From Ruditapes philippinarum (taxonomy: Eukaryota), in the NCBI RefSeq assembly GCF_026571515.1, contig NW_026853568.1:1-64000 (forward strand): a stretch of 64,000 nucleotides of DNA, written 5' to 3'. Positions 63,718 through 64,000 of the stretch are shown here, one piece after another; within the stretch, counting starts at the first letter, position 1; every line of letters starts with the position of its first letter. Below the pieces are notes generated by a model. The model ran no database searches. It was not told the origin of the DNA and was given only the letters and a program-made list of their open reading frames with translations. The position numbers were made by a program, and so were the translations under genes.

Positions 63718-64000
63718 TACGTTGAAGAATATTATTTGACGAGGAAGTTATTTATAATTTTCATGACGTTATTTGGTTCGATGACGTCAGTTTGAAATAC
63801 TTTGATGAGTAATCACCCTTTTTGTATGCTGTGTTTAAATCATGTAATAATACACGACTGTCCAGAGGGGAAAGTGTAAAACATATTGCAATTAAAATCA
63901 ATTCACGTTTATTTCTCTTAAATAATATGTACCATTACAAAAATTATATTTATTTTGTTGATAATCATGCCTTTGGTGGTCTGTTTAAAACTTAAACTGT

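Overview
AT-rich, intron-containing animal genomic DNA. The repeat types (Helentron/pearl-like elements carrying satellite arrays, a tRNA-derived SINE, Crypton-type hairpin elements) suggest a bivalve mollusc such as an oyster; this is inference. Manual splicing gives two gene families, all on the + strand. (1) Two diverged paralogs of a large type I membrane protein. Copy B (34463-52843, 18 exons, ~1940 aa after correcting 3 small indels) reads: signal peptide, EMI domain, NIM/EGF, 6 further EGF repeats, a large unassigned beta-rich region, RKRR, a ~333-aa module of two matched ~10-heptad helices joined by a 10-Cys cationic/aromatic tip, RKRR, an acidic helical region, Ig domain, cbEGF, TM helix and short tail. 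Copy A (2561-8168) is 5'-truncated and has a nonsense codon and a frameshift. (2) A 3-exon, 404-aa gene (13294-22352) with PD-(D/E)xK restriction-endonuclease-like motifs. Its exon 2 and flanking introns are recently duplicated at 944-2550 and joined directly to receptor copy A. The best candidate for an undescribed system is the Nimrod/EMI-EGF-like receptor carrying a furin-flanked, toxin- or fusogen-like helical hairpin. The rest of the window is introns and nested non-autonomous transposons.
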